Source: Octopus sinensis
Lineage: Eukaryota
Length of the DNA stretch: 64,000 nucleotides
Reading direction: 5' to 3'
Assembly: GCF_006345805.1 (NCBI RefSeq)
Contig: NC_043011.1
Span: 8,494,001 to 8,558,000 of the forward strand
In this document: positions 10,756-22,830 of the stretch, piece after piece
Layout: each line of letters starts with the position of its first letter
Position numbering within the stretch: the first letter of the stretch is position 1
The notes under the pieces: generated by a model
Database searches by the model: none
What the model was told of the DNA's origin: nothing
What the model saw: only the letters and a program-made list of their open reading frames with translations
Position numbers and translations under genes: made by a program

Positions 10756-12307
10756 ACACACACACATACGTAAACATAGGCACATAATTGTATACGCATG
10801 CATTTTAATAGAGTGGAAATCGCTTTTATTGTGTTCAGCCGGTAACACAGCTTTCGTGATAATAATAACCAATTGAAAGCATTAAGCAGGTGAGAAAGCA
10901 ATATCATGAACGTGTCTAGTAATCAGGAAGTTTGATAACAATAACAGTTTGATAACATTATGTATTATCAAAATAGACAGCTTTTACTGTGGGAGTCTTT
11001 GGTGGGAAATAGGGTTGGCCGAGTCAGATCTCGTGAACGGTAAATTAAACAACTATTTGTTGGTATTGTATATTTGTGTATGTATGTGTGTTTGAGTATG
11101 AGTGCGCATGTGTGAGTGAGAGAGCATGGGGTAGGTGTGGGGGTGAGAGAGCGTGTGTACATGTGTGTTTGTGTGTGTGAGAATGTTTGTGTAAGCATGA
11201 GTATGTGGGTGTTTGTGTGTGAGCGTGTGTATGAGTGTTTGTGAGTATGTGTATGTGTGAAAGGGTGTGTGGACTATGTGTGTGAGAGTGTGTGTGTGCT
11301 AGAGCATGTGTATGAGAATGTGTGTGAGCGCGTATGAGGGTGTATATGTGTCAGTGTTTGTGCGTGTGTGAGTGTGTGAACGTTTATGTGCGTTCGGGTG
11401 TGTGTGTGTGAGAGAGAGTTATGTATGTATATGTAAGCATGTATGTGTGCGCGTGTATATGTGTGAATGCGTGGCAGTGTTTTGCGTGTGTATGTCAGCA
11501 CGTGTGTGTGCGTGCGTGTGGTGTGTGTGTATGTGTGTGTGTGTTGCGTGCGCGCCAGTGTTGTTTGAGCCTCAAATAGAATGCCTTGAGATATTCGTTC
11601 CGGTTCCCGACGCTCCGATTTCAAATTCCGCCGAGGTCACAAGTCATATCGCCTATTATCGATTCTGAATCGATAAAGAAAAATGCTACCCGAATATCAT
11701 CAGCGTTATTATACGACTACTCGATCAACGCTGACCCAGGGCCATACGACAACACCGATAATAAACGCGTGTGTGTGTATGTGTGTGTGTGCGCGTGTGC
11801 GTGTGTGTGTGTGTGCGTGTGTGTGTGTGTGGTGTATGTGTGTGTGTGTATATGTGTGTGTATGTGTGTGTATGTGTGTGTATGTGTGTGTGTGCGTGTG
11901 TGTGTGTGTAGTGTGTGTGTGTGTGCGTGTGTGTGTGTGTGTGCGCGTGTGTGTGTGTGCGTGAGTGCGTGTGTGGTTGCGTGTGTGCGTGCGTGCGTGC
12001 GTGTGTACGTTGCCAGTCTTCGCTGTATATTCTTAGGGTTTGAAAAAGAATACTGAATAATGGTTGTGGCCTTTTGAAACCCAAAATGCAGGAAGTACTT
12101 TATCCTTATCTAACAAACTCTTTTGTTTTTCACTCATACCGATAACTGAAAAACAAAGCTTGCAAACCGCTCCCCATAGTGCACCTGGTGAATGGAAGCC
12201 ACTCCTTCACACACACACACACACACACACATGCACACACACACACACACACACACATGCATATGTGTATGCGTGTTGTAGTGAGATCTTGGTTACAGTT
12301 AAGTCCA

Positions 12308-12570
12308 ATCATCATCATCATCATCGTTTAACGTCCGCTTTCCAGGCTAGCATGGGTTGGACGGTTCGACCGGGGTGTGGGAAGCCAGGAGGCTGTACCA
12401 GGCTCCAGTCTGATCTGGCAGTGTTTCTACAGCTGGATGCCCTTCCTTCTGTGAGTGTAGTAGGTGCATTTTACGTGCCACCAGCACAGGTGTCAGGGGA
12501 GGCTGGCAGCGGCCACGATCGGTTAGTGCTTTTTACGTGCCACCTGCACAGGTATCACAACTACAATTTT
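12308..12570 (-). mobile_element. RTE-associated 3' UTR/tail repeat
   Basis: Minus strand GGAAGGGCATCCAGCTGTAGAAAC..GGACGTTAAACGATGATGATG; same module at 40850-41160 and 46620. Confidence 0.65.
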
Positions 12571-12735
12571 GGTTATAGTTAAGTTGATAACATATTTATT
12601 GCAGCAAAGCATGCAGCCGTGCCAAAAAACGAGTATCACATGTAGGAATCAAGCAATGTGTCACGTGACTACATACTAAAGACTGCATGTCATGTTATCA
12701 ACGTACATATATACACACGCGCGCACGCATGCACA

Positions 12736-12766
<31 letters not shown>

Positions 12767-13509
12767 GATTATATATGTATATAGTAGTTTACCCGTGTCA
12801 TCAAAAATGCCAACTGTTTTGATAACAACAGAAAATGACGCATCAGATCTTTGATAGACACAAACTGAAAGAACAACATTGTGTGTGTGTGTTTGTGTTA
12901 TGTCTTTGTGACAGTTATAGATGTTACCAATCGAGTAAATATATGTACTTACACTTTCCTCTCTGGTCAATCTCTCATCAACTTTTTCAAGTATCACTTG
13001 AAAAGGAAAGTGAGAGTAGAGAGGCAATGTTTCAAAAAAAGATGGGTGAATGTAGCAAGGATGGCACGCATGAATGACGAAGCCACCTTGAGCATAATCC
13101 TATGAACCCGAATTTTAAAACAGAGGGTTACCTCTATGCAAACAAATGTGGTAACATGTAACATTATAGACCGAGGTTACCGTGGTCTTTTCCGTAGGCT
13201 TTTCTTCCCACGGATAAACCTTATCTGCTTCCCCCTTTACACTTTACATCATGACATTTCTGTGATACACGATCCCTATTGATCGTTTTTTTCTTCTTTT
13301 TTTCTTTTTTTCTTTTTTCTTCTCTTTTTTTTCTTTCCCTTTTACAATCCCTTTTGATCGAAAACCTAACCCACGTTTTTCTCTCCCCGCCACCAAAAAA
13401 AAAAGGTCTACTTTGTAATCTGTCCCGTCTGTGTGCAGCCCTGTGTGGCTAATAAAGAAACATATGTACTTACAAAGAACTGAAGCACTTCGACAATCTC
13501 TTTCTCTCT

Positions 13510-13908
13510 CTTTTACTGTTTTACTTGTTTCAGTCATTTGACTGCGGCCATGCTGGAGCACCGCCTATAGTCGAGCAAATCGACCCCGGGACTTATTCTT
13601 TGTAAGCCCAGTACTTATTCTATCGGTTTCTTTTGCCGAAACGCAAAGTGACGGGGACGTAGACACACCAGCAACGGTTGTCAAGCAATGATAGGGGAAC
13701 AAACACAGACACACAAACACACACACACACACATACATATACATACATACATATACATATATACGACAGGCTTCTTTCAGTTTCCGTCTAGCAAATCCAC
13801 TCACAAGGCATTGGTCGGCCCGAGGCTATAGCAGAAGACACTTGCCCAAGATGCCACGCAGTGGGACTGAACCCGGGACCATGTGGTTGGTTAGCAAGCT
13901 ACTTACCA
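13510..13908 (-). mobile_element. SINE family A, near full length
   Basis: Head, internal (TA/TG)n and 3' module all present. Confidence 0.85.
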
Positions 13909-14330
13909 CAATATTATCGTCCACATACGACACGAAACACCCACACAGATTCTGTACAGCTGTATACACTTCCTCTCACCACCCCTCAATTGTGCTGAAG
14001 AGGTTAATACTTCACTATGTCCAGCCACCGTGCCCAGTTGTGCTCTCATCGAATATTAGAAGCAAAGGGCACCGCTTGCATGACGATGACGCAACTACCA
14101 GACAAGGCCAAAGACAAGTGACAGTAAAACAAACACACACACACATACACACACGCACGCACGCACGCATACACATACGCACACACACACAAACGTACAT
14201 ACACGTATGCACGCACACAGGCACATACACTCGCATTTGTATGTATATATGTGTGTGTGTGTATGTGTATGTCTATATATATATAATGTATATCTATATG
14301 TATATATGTGTGTGTATACACATACATATG

Positions 14331-14362
<32 letters not shown>

Positions 14363-14512
14363 CATGTGTATATATATATACACAAACATATATATATATA
14401 TATATATACTGTATGTGTATGTATATGTATACATATATTTATATGTGTGTGTATGTATATATGTATATCAATACTTGTTTAAATAGATAGATAGATGTAC
14501 ACATACATATGT

Positions 14513-14559
<47 letters not shown>

Positions 14560-14668
14560 CACACACACACACACACATTGTTCAAATTTATAGAAAAACA
14601 AAAGACAAAGACAGGTGTAGGAACAACAAGCGAGTGTATTAATTTGACGCTGGGATAAATGGAAAAGT

Positions 14669-14705
14669 CTTTTAAGTTTTGAGCCTACGCTCTTGGACAA
14701 GAAAG
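14669..14705 (-). ncRNA. Degenerate hammerhead-like remnant (family of 61979)
   Basis: Stem II GAGC-GTAG-GCTC and flanks shared with 61979-62014; core and GAAA are mutated. Confidence 0.35.
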
Positions 14706-15359
14706 GAATACAAGGAAATAAACTGACTGTATATATATACATACATATATATATATCACATATATAATATATCACACACACACACATATATATATATATA
14801 ATTTACTGTATATTCTGTTAAGACCATGTTAGAGTACAGTATTAAGTTGGTTCACCTTCAGATTTCCCCCTGTGCTTTCCAGTTGTAGTATTATACATAC
14901 TTATAGGTTTTTGTTAGGGCATCTGTTGGGTGTGAAAAGCTAACTGAAAAAATTTGGAGTCAACAAGGAGTACTTGCACGTCTAGAGAGAGCTACGTTGC
15001 GCGGAAACAACTGTAGTGAATCCTTAGCATGCCGGACAAAATGCTGAACAGCAGTTCGTCTGTCTTTGCGTTGTGAGTTGTGTCTGAGTAACTTCATTGA
15101 TGTACTTCTAAACCTCCTTCTTCAACATATACCAAGCTTCACAAGAGATAACTTGGATTGTTTAAATCCTCTCCCGAGCACAACCTGCATGGACTCTCTT
15201 CTTGCTTCATTCATTACAAATATGGGAATAGATGCTACGTATTATGGTTCTGGCTGGAAAAATTTCCTAATGACATTCTTGACCGAATTGGATAAGGATT
15301 AGAATCCTTGCAGCCTTAATTAAACAAAAACTATTTGAAGCCATTAATTTAATCATTTC

Positions 15360-15560
15360 AAATTTTGGCGCAAGGCCTGCAATTTCGTGGGAAGTGGGTA
15401 AGTTGATTAGATTAACCCCCAGGATTCAATTGGTAATTATCATATTTTATCGCTTCCGAAAGGATGAAAAGCAAAGTCGACCTCTGCGGAATTTGAACTC
15501 AGAACGTAAAGACGGACGAAGTGCTTATCAGCATTTCGTCCGGCGTGCCAACGATTCTTG
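15360..15560 (-). mobile_element. SINE family B (GGTCGACTTTGCCTTTCATCCTTTCGGGGTCGATAAA central domain)
   Basis: Reverse complement of the family B head and central domain. Confidence 0.75.
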
Positions 15561-15929
15561 CTGCATTAATTAAACAAAAAGTATTTGAAGTCATTAGTTT
15601 ATTGACGATATATGTTGTGTAATAAATGAGGATACAATTTACGTAATGGAATTACAGATATATGGAAACAAAACCATTGCTTTATTCAAGATCTTTGTGA
15701 CAATGAAATGGAAACAAAACACACACACACACATTGAATCGATCGTTTATTGCATTTTGTTTTCTGTGATTTTGTATTTTCCTGTGCCATCTTTCTCCCC
15801 ACCTCTGGATTCCAACATCCAACTACCCGTCCCCAGCCGTCGAGTCAGAAATAACATCCAAATTGCTCATAAAACACATCCAAGCATATTTCGAAATAAA
15901 TGGAAGAATGCATGGGATAATGTCTTTGC

Positions 15930-16520
15930 TATCATTCAGAGTCTGGTTTCGTCCTGATTTCCAAGGGGTTAAGAACCTGGGTGAGGTGATACAAAGCGTG
16001 GCCAGTCTTACTCAGAAATGGACCGAAGAAAAGCTGTCCCCAAAGGGTTGGGCAGAAATAGTAAATGCCTACATTGCTTCCCTTAGTTCACCTCCCGACC
16101 GTCGTTATTTGCCTCAGTCACCGCTGGATCAAATTGGAGTGTCTCTTATTTAGTTTCATGTGGAATGAACTAGTTCCATTGGTCAGGGATTCCATCTTTT
16201 GCCAGCGTCCTCACCAAGATGGCTTAGGCATGCCATCACTGCGGATATACAAACACAAGCTGAGGCTGTGCAACCTACAAAGTTTTCCTGGATGGTGGAC
16301 ATGTGTGGCCTCCGTTTGTGAGGCACATCTTTCTGCAGCTCATTTCTTTAACGGAGCTGCAGTCCAGGGCGAAAGAAAAACTGAAACTGGACGCCTGGGC
16401 TTTAGAATATCGTCAGGTGCTCACAACCCTCTACCAGTCGGAAAATGGGATCACTGGAAAATTCTGCTTTAACAACATACAGAGGATTAGTGGCGGGGTG
16501 GTGTTGACATTATTGGGGTG
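15930..16520 (+). pseudogene. L1/Tx1-like LINE RT C-terminal remnant
   Basis: Frameshifted WTEEKLSPKGWAEIVNAYIAS..LFSFMW..LVRDSIFCQRPHQDGLGMPSL, typical of the LSLKGR..GGLG(M/I)P region of L1/Tx1 ORF2. Confidence 0.7.
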
Positions 16521-16767
16521 ACTCCTGGGCAACGATGAAAACGAACAGACAAGTCACTCTTTCAAGGTCGATAAAATAAAGTCCTAGTTGAACTCTGAAG
16601 TCGATCTACTCGACTTTCCCCCTCCCCTCAAAATTGCTCGCCTTGTGCCAAAAATTCGAAAGAATTATAATTATTCAGGAAGGTCACCGGTACTGTTCAT
16701 TCTACTATAGACACAAGTCCTGAAATTTGGTGGGAGGAGACTAGACGATTACATCGACCTTAGTAGT

Positions 16768-16910
16768 CAGTGTTCCTCAAAGTGGTGGTCGCGAGCAATC
16801 AGCTGCCGATACGCGACGAGTTTCCTGAAAAGAAAGAAACATTATAAAATGCTTATGTAATATTGTATTATTTGTTTACAAAATGAATATAAGATAAAAA
16901 TAATAGTCAA
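16768..16910 (+). mobile_element. hAT-like MITE, left part
   Basis: CAGTGTTCCTCAAA terminus; interior homologous to 17084-17230. Confidence 0.6.
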
Positions 16911-16911
16911 A

Positions 16912-17760
16912 ACATCATTTTAACCACTTTATCCCATGTCTACCTGTGTCTTCCTTTTCCACAGGTACCCTCTTCATTTTGAGAAGGGTACTTATTTAAG
17001 CAGCCGTTCCCTTCCATACACATCACACAATCAGATCAGCACAGTTGCTTCTTTTGCACGCTCCATCTTGATGTCTTTTATACCAGTGCTACTCAAAGGG
17101 ATGATCTGCAGACTGGTGCCGGTCTGCAAGCCATCAGCTGCCGGTACGCGGCAAGTTTCCAGAAAAAAAAGGAAATATTATAAAATACTTATGTAATATT
17201 GTATTATTTGTTTACAAAATGAATATAAGATAAAAGGAAATTGTCGACTTTTATTATATTCAGTATATATATTGTTTCCGGTATCGATTAATATAACTAA
17301 GAAATATTACCGGTCCCTGGCCCTTTGATAAAAAAAAACTTCCTGTACGCCACATCAGAGAATTTGAGAAGCACTGTCTTATACTAAATTTTACTCTTAA
17401 AGCATTTCCACTTTCTCATAATATGCACACTGACATTGTACATCCAGCAGAGCATGCTGGCTTCATTTCTTTGAAGCGTTTGCATTGTAGCATAGCTGTT
17501 CATACACAGGCACCGTGCAATCTGTCTTTCACTCTAAGAGAGAGGCCCTTTGTTACCAGCAAAGATAATAATAGCTCACTGAACTTTGCCGTTTCTTATT
17601 CCAGCAAATACACTTTCAGAGCAACCTCCTCCACTGCTGATCTGGTTCCGTAAGCAATGGAAACTATCCACGACTTCTAAGGATACCCCTGGACATTGAA
17701 GGAAATTTATTCCCTGTACATTCTTCATGTCCATGGCATATGCGTATCTGCCACTCATAA
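16912..17760 (-). pseudogene. RTE-clade LINE RT 3' remnant interrupted by a hAT MITE
   Basis: LEVVDSFHCLRNQISSGGGCSESV..LLVTKGLSLRVK, homologous to the RTE ORF at 39794-40185. Confidence 0.75.
17084..17376 (+). mobile_element. hAT-like MITE, complete
   Basis: TIRs CAGTGCTACTCAAA / TTTGAGAAGCACTG; 8-bp TSD TTTTATAC / TCTTATAC (7/8 match). Confidence 0.8.
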
Positions 17761-18308
17761 TGACCACATACATTACACACACATACAAACACACACATGC
17801 ATATACATATATATACGCACACATACAAACTGGTTCATATTTTAAACAAATTTTTGATCCTGAAAAGATGAAAGGCAAAGTCGACTTTGGCGGAATTTGA
17901 ACTCAGAACATAAAGCATAAATTTTGCCAGTTCAACACCTCAGATGCAATAAATAATATTATGGTGGAATTTACAAAAAAAAAAAAACCCAAAAGAAACT
18001 GAGTGCAGACTGTCAGACACAGTGTTAGCGGTCGGTGAGTGAAATTAAATTTCGTTTAAAAGTCCTTTTATTATTTAAGAGCTGATGTAATCCGATCTGC
18101 TGATTGCATCAGGCTGTCTCACTGTTCATTGCCGGCGACGACTGACCGAATGCTTCCAGACGTCTCTCAGCAATTCCTACACAACAGCCGTTGGCAGCAG
18201 ACAACAGCAACACTCATTTAGACAATTATTTCACATTGGTCGCTCAAGGCCTTACATTTGTAAAGAGGAGTGGGAAGAGGAGAAGGAGAGCGGGATAGTC
18301 ACCGCTGC

Positions 18309-18393
18309 CTTCTTCTTCTTCTTCTTCTTCTTCTTCTTCTTCTTCTTCTTCTTCTTCTTCTTCTTCTTCTTCTTCTTCTTCTTCTTCTTCTTC
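18309..18393. repeat. (CTT)n microsatellite
   Basis: Direct observation. Confidence 0.97.
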
Positions 18394-18734
18394 TCCTCCT
18401 CCTCCTCATTCTTTTCCCCATGGAACTAACCTTGCCTTTTGTCCTATGGAGATTGATAAAACAAAATACCACCCCAGAGCAATGGATTAACGGAATTGTG
18501 CGTCGGACAAAATGTCTTGCAGTAGACAAATCAATATCAGCTGACAAGCGGTGAAGGGGTGTAACGAACACTAAAACACACACACACACACACACACACG
18601 TGTGTGTGAGTATGTGAATCCGCATGGCTTAGTGGTTAGGGTGTTGTACTCATGATCGCAAGATTGGGGTTTCGCTTCCCAGGCTGGTAGTGCGTCAACC
18701 CAAGTACAAATGGTTAACCCTGCAAGAAGATGCT

Positions 18735-19464
18735 TCTTGGAGATGGCGTAAAACATATTCACTTTTGGAGAGTCTCTCTCAAGCTCAACTGTGGCATGGG
18801 AATTTTCTTCGCCCCAAATGCAAACATTACGCTTATTGACTTTGCCATTCGTGTGAAATGTGGCCTCATCACTGAAAACAAGGCATTCCTTGAACTCAAC
18901 TTCTTTAAGTTTGTCTTGCATATCAACACAGAATTGTTTGCACTTTTGCTTGTCATCTGCCATTAAGGCCTAAACAAACTGCAGCTTGTAGGGTTTCATT
19001 AGCAAGCAATTCTTCAGGACGCGCCAAACTATCGTTGGAGGAATCTGGGTTTCCAGACTTGTTCTTCTTATGGACTTCTTGGGGCTTCACAAGAGTTTTT
19101 GGCGCACCCGCTTGACCGTCTCTTCCGATGTTAGTGGTCATCCAGATCCTTTTGCCTTGCACAGACAGCCTTCTTCTTTGAATTTTTCGTGCCATGTCCA
19201 AATCTGCAATGCTGTTGGTGACCTTTTAGAGAACTCTCTTACAAATGCATGCTGCACAGTTTTGTTCGACTGTATTCGAGTATACTCCAACACAGAAAAC
19301 GCCTTTTCTCTTCCAGTGAATGCCATTTCTAAAATATAAACATATCAAACATTAAACAAGAAATTTTGATCTGTTTCTACAAATGCTGTTAAAATCTGAA
19401 GTCATTTAAACAAGAACTGACAAAGTTATTAGATTGCGAAGTGATATCAAATCTTTTGAAACAC

Positions 19465-19467
<3 letters not shown>
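18735..19467 (-). pseudogene. Tc1/mariner-superfamily transposon 5' part with dead transposase
   Basis: TA-CAGGTGTTTCAAAAG end at 19467; MAFTGREKAF..WHEKFKEEG..KPYKLQ..LVFSDEATFHTNGKVNKRNVCIWG with stop codons. Confidence 0.85.
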
Positions 19468-19506
<39 letters not shown>

Positions 19507-19511
<5 letters not shown>

Positions 19512-19595
19512 GGGCAAGTGTCTTCTGCTATAGCCTCGGGCCGACCAAAGCCTTGAGAGTGGATTTGGTAGACGGAAACTGAAAGAAGCCCGTCG

Positions 19596-19632
<37 letters not shown>

Positions 19633-19903
19633 TGTGTGTGTGTGTGTGTGTGTTGTGTGTGTGTGTGTGTGTATATGTTCGTGTGTCTGTGTTTGTCCCC
19701 CCCCAACCTCGCTTGACAACCGATGCTGCTCTGTTTATGTCCCCGTAACTTAGCAGTTCGGCATAAGAGACCGATAGAATAGGTACTAGGCTTACAAAGA
19801 ATAAGTCCTGGGGTCGATTTGTTCGACTAAAGGTGGTGCTCCAGCATGGCCACAGTCAAATGATTGAAACAAGTAAAAGAGTAAAAGAGAGTAAAAAGAG
19901 TAT

Positions 19904-19905
<2 letters not shown>
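19507..19905 (+). mobile_element. SINE family A (headless), copy 1 of a tandem duplication
   Basis: Shares private variants with 19975-20365. Confidence 0.85.
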
Positions 19906-19964
<59 letters not shown>

Positions 19965-19974
19965 ATATATATAT

Positions 19975-20063
19975 ACCTTGGGCAAGTGTCTTCTGCTATA
20001 GCCTCGGGCCGACCAAAGCCTTGAGAGTGGATTTGGTAGACGGAAACTGAAAGAAGCCCGTCG

Positions 20064-20142
<79 letters not shown>

Positions 20143-20365
20143 TCGTGTGTCTGTGTTTGTCCCCCCCCAACCTCGCTTGACAACCGATGCTGCTCTGTTT
20201 ATGTCCCCGTAACTTAGCAGTTCGGCATAAGAGACCGATAGAATAGGTACTAGGCTTACAAAGAATAAGTCCTGGGGTCGATTTGTTCGACTAAAGGTGG
20301 TGCTCCAGCATGGCCACAGTCAAATGATTGAAACAAGTAAAAGAGTAAAAGAGAGTAAAAAGAGT
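19975..20365 (+). mobile_element. SINE family A (headless), copy 2 of a tandem duplication
   Basis: Identical to 19507-19905 outside the microsatellites. Confidence 0.85.
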
Positions 20366-20367
20366 AT

Positions 20368-20432
<65 letters not shown>

Positions 20433-20439
20433 ATATATA

Positions 20440-20816
20440 CACTTGCGTCAGAAATTAATTAGCACTTCTCAAATTTCTACATTAAATAGATTAAATCAAT
20501 TAACCTATGAGCTGTTCAAAACGTCTTACGCGATGAGAAAACTTAGTATGGTGTGATTTCGGTCCTTGGAGGCGCTACCTATATCTATTAAACAAAGGAA
20601 GATTTGTCTGCATCCGCACTCCAAGTTGTTGTTGCACTGCTATGTCAACATCATAAGGCTGTAGACTCTCAAACTGCTCTGCAACAAAGTTACGTCATCG
20701 TTCTGCGCAACAGTGAACTCGCAACAAAGCAATAGTTCGAGATATGGCCACTAGGTGACAGCACATACCTTGAGTGAAGAGCAAATCAAGGGTGCTAATT
20801 AATTCTGACGGTAGTG
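20440..20816. mobile_element. Tc1/mariner-type MITE
   Basis: TIRs CACTTGCGTCAGAAATTAATTAGCAC / GTGCTAATTAATTCTGACGGTAGTG, flanked by TA. Confidence 0.8.
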
Positions 20817-20965
20817 TATATATTATATATATATATTATATATATATATATATAATATATATATTATAATAAGATTAGCTCGTATACGAGTGGGTATATA
20901 TTGTAAAAAATGAAGTTTGAAAATGCTGCTATATTAGACAAATTTTAATTTTTATATATACATTA

Positions 20966-21015
20966 TTTATTTAACATGTTTCGGTTCTTGAAATGACGAA
21001 CCTTATCAAAAAAAA
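20966..21015 (-). ncRNA. Minimal hammerhead at the PLE 3' end, U3-A8 core
   Basis: TTT-TTGATAA-GGTTC(10 nt)GAACC-GAAA-CATG-TT-AAA: 5-bp stem II, palindromic CATG loop, weak A/U stem I. Confidence 0.6.
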
Positions 21016-21344
21016 TTTATATATAAAAAAGATAGTTCATGCTATCAAATATAAAAAAATTCATATATAATATTCAATAGAGTAAGACATAAATTCATAT
21101 ATAGTAAAGCGAGTCAATGCTACATGTTTAAAGAGTATGATGTAGTAGTTCATAGTGGTGATATGCATTCAATATAAAAAATTCATGTTCTTGAAAAAGC
21201 GAGGAATTCATTTTAGATTTTACCTTGTGTTCCAATGGGAGCAACTGTAATGACTTTTGGTTGGTGTCTGTTAGTATGGTGAATCTTGTGAATTGTTTGG
21301 GTTCTATATCAGTTCAGCTTAGCTGTCTCACTTGCATTTTTCAC

Positions 21345-21912
21345 TGACGTCATATAGTTCCCAACCAATCAAAACTCAGTCTCAACGAATATATCCTGTT
21401 AGGAAATCAACCAAGCAGAACGACAGTTTGGCCACAGAAGAAATATGTCTTCCTTGTTTTTGACGGATTGAAATTTGATCTGATCCATGACTGTATCCTG
21501 TTAGGTGGCTACTCCAGCGGAACGAGACGTCATCAATGTTTTGACCAATCATCTCGTTAGGTGGCTAGTCCAGCAGAACGGGACGTCATCAATGTTTTGA
21601 CCAATCATACCGTTAGTGCAGAACGAGACGTCATCAATGTTTTAACCAATCAGTATCGGGTCTGACTTATAGCTGTATTAGATCTGACTCATGACTGTAT
21701 CCTGTTAGGTGGCTAGTCCAGCGGAACGAGACGTCATCAATGTTTTGACCAATCATCCCGTTAGGTGGCTAGTCCAGCAGAACGAGACGTCATCAATGTT
21801 TTGGCCAATCAGAATCGGGTCTGACCCTAGCTGTATCGTATGTGGAAACCGACCAAGCAGGGTGACAATAGCTTGCCCACTGAGGTAATACGTCATCAGT
21901 TTCTTGACGAAT
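21345..21912. promoter_or_regulatory. Array of seven CRE-like (GACGTCA) + CCAAT modules, 12-nt spacer
   Basis: Modules at 21345, 21526, 21582, 21627, 21730, 21786 and 21889 (degenerate); TTTATAAA at about 21941-21948. Confidence 0.6.
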
Positions 21913-22054
21913 CAGGATTAGATCTGCTCGTAGAGATCTTTTTATAAATTTTTTTCCTTTCCCTAAGACATATTTCTGTCAGTGTGAGTGACTGTTTAAG
22001 GCAGCGGCCGTGGTAGAATTTCGCTTCTCCTTTTCGGAGGACCAATCTTTTGTT

Positions 22055-22830
22055 TTAATATTCCTGGCCCAGGGTGTTCAAACTTGGTCTAAATTTTTTG
22101 ATGAAATACAGTTCTTTATTTTGACGTTGCGTGAAGGTTACGTTGTCACTGAATTTATAAAGCGGGTAAGTTGTAAATTTCGGATTTACATTTCCAGCAC
22201 ATCTATCTATGTGTCCGCTGACCGGTATTTTCCGGTATTCAGGGTTTCTAATTTGTGATTTATGTACCGCCATCCTGTTACGTAAGCTATTTTTTGTATG
22301 GCCTATATACTGCCTATTGCAGCCTGCGCATGTTAAGACGTAAATTAAGTTTTCTGATGCGCAGGTGAAGTTTGCTCTAATGGTGAACTGATGGCCTTGT
22401 TCTAGTATAAATTCTGAACCGTCTATCAAGATGACACAGATTCCGCAGTTGGGCCTTCCACATTTTCTAACTGCTGGTTTTGTGGTTGATGTTGAGTGCA
22501 GTTTAGCTTGGGTTAAAATCCTTTTCAAGGATTTTGGTTGCCGTTTACTTTTAATGATGGTGTGTGTTTCGAGGATCCGGTTCATCTTTGGGTCTCCCTT
22601 TAGTAGGGCTGTGCTTTGTAGTATGGTGCTGAAGGCCTCATTGTTGAGTGGGTTGTGTGTAGAGATGTAGGGAAGGGTTTTTAATTGTTCTTTCTTTTTT
22701 TGGTTTTGTTTGTCTCAGGTCTTCTATACTTAATTTGAGTGCCCTTTGGATTGCACTGTCTATTAGGGGCTGTGGATAGTTTCTATTTGTGAGTGTGGTT
22801 CTAAGTTCCTGGAGACGTGTGTGTCGGGTG
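22055..22830 (-). CDS. PLE thumb/linker plus GIY-YIG endonuclease (frame continues upstream of the tracked Met at 22585)
   Basis: TRHTRLQELR..NRNYPQPLID..THNP..CGRPNCGIC..NLIYVLTCAGCNRQYIGHT..RMAVH..VSGH..LN. Confidence 0.9.

Noticed and set aside
14975-15026. CAC..CTAGAGA-GAGC..GCGC-GGAAAC-AACT-GTA-GTG hammerhead-like remnant
   Set aside because: Needs several corrections in both core and stems; too degenerate to support.
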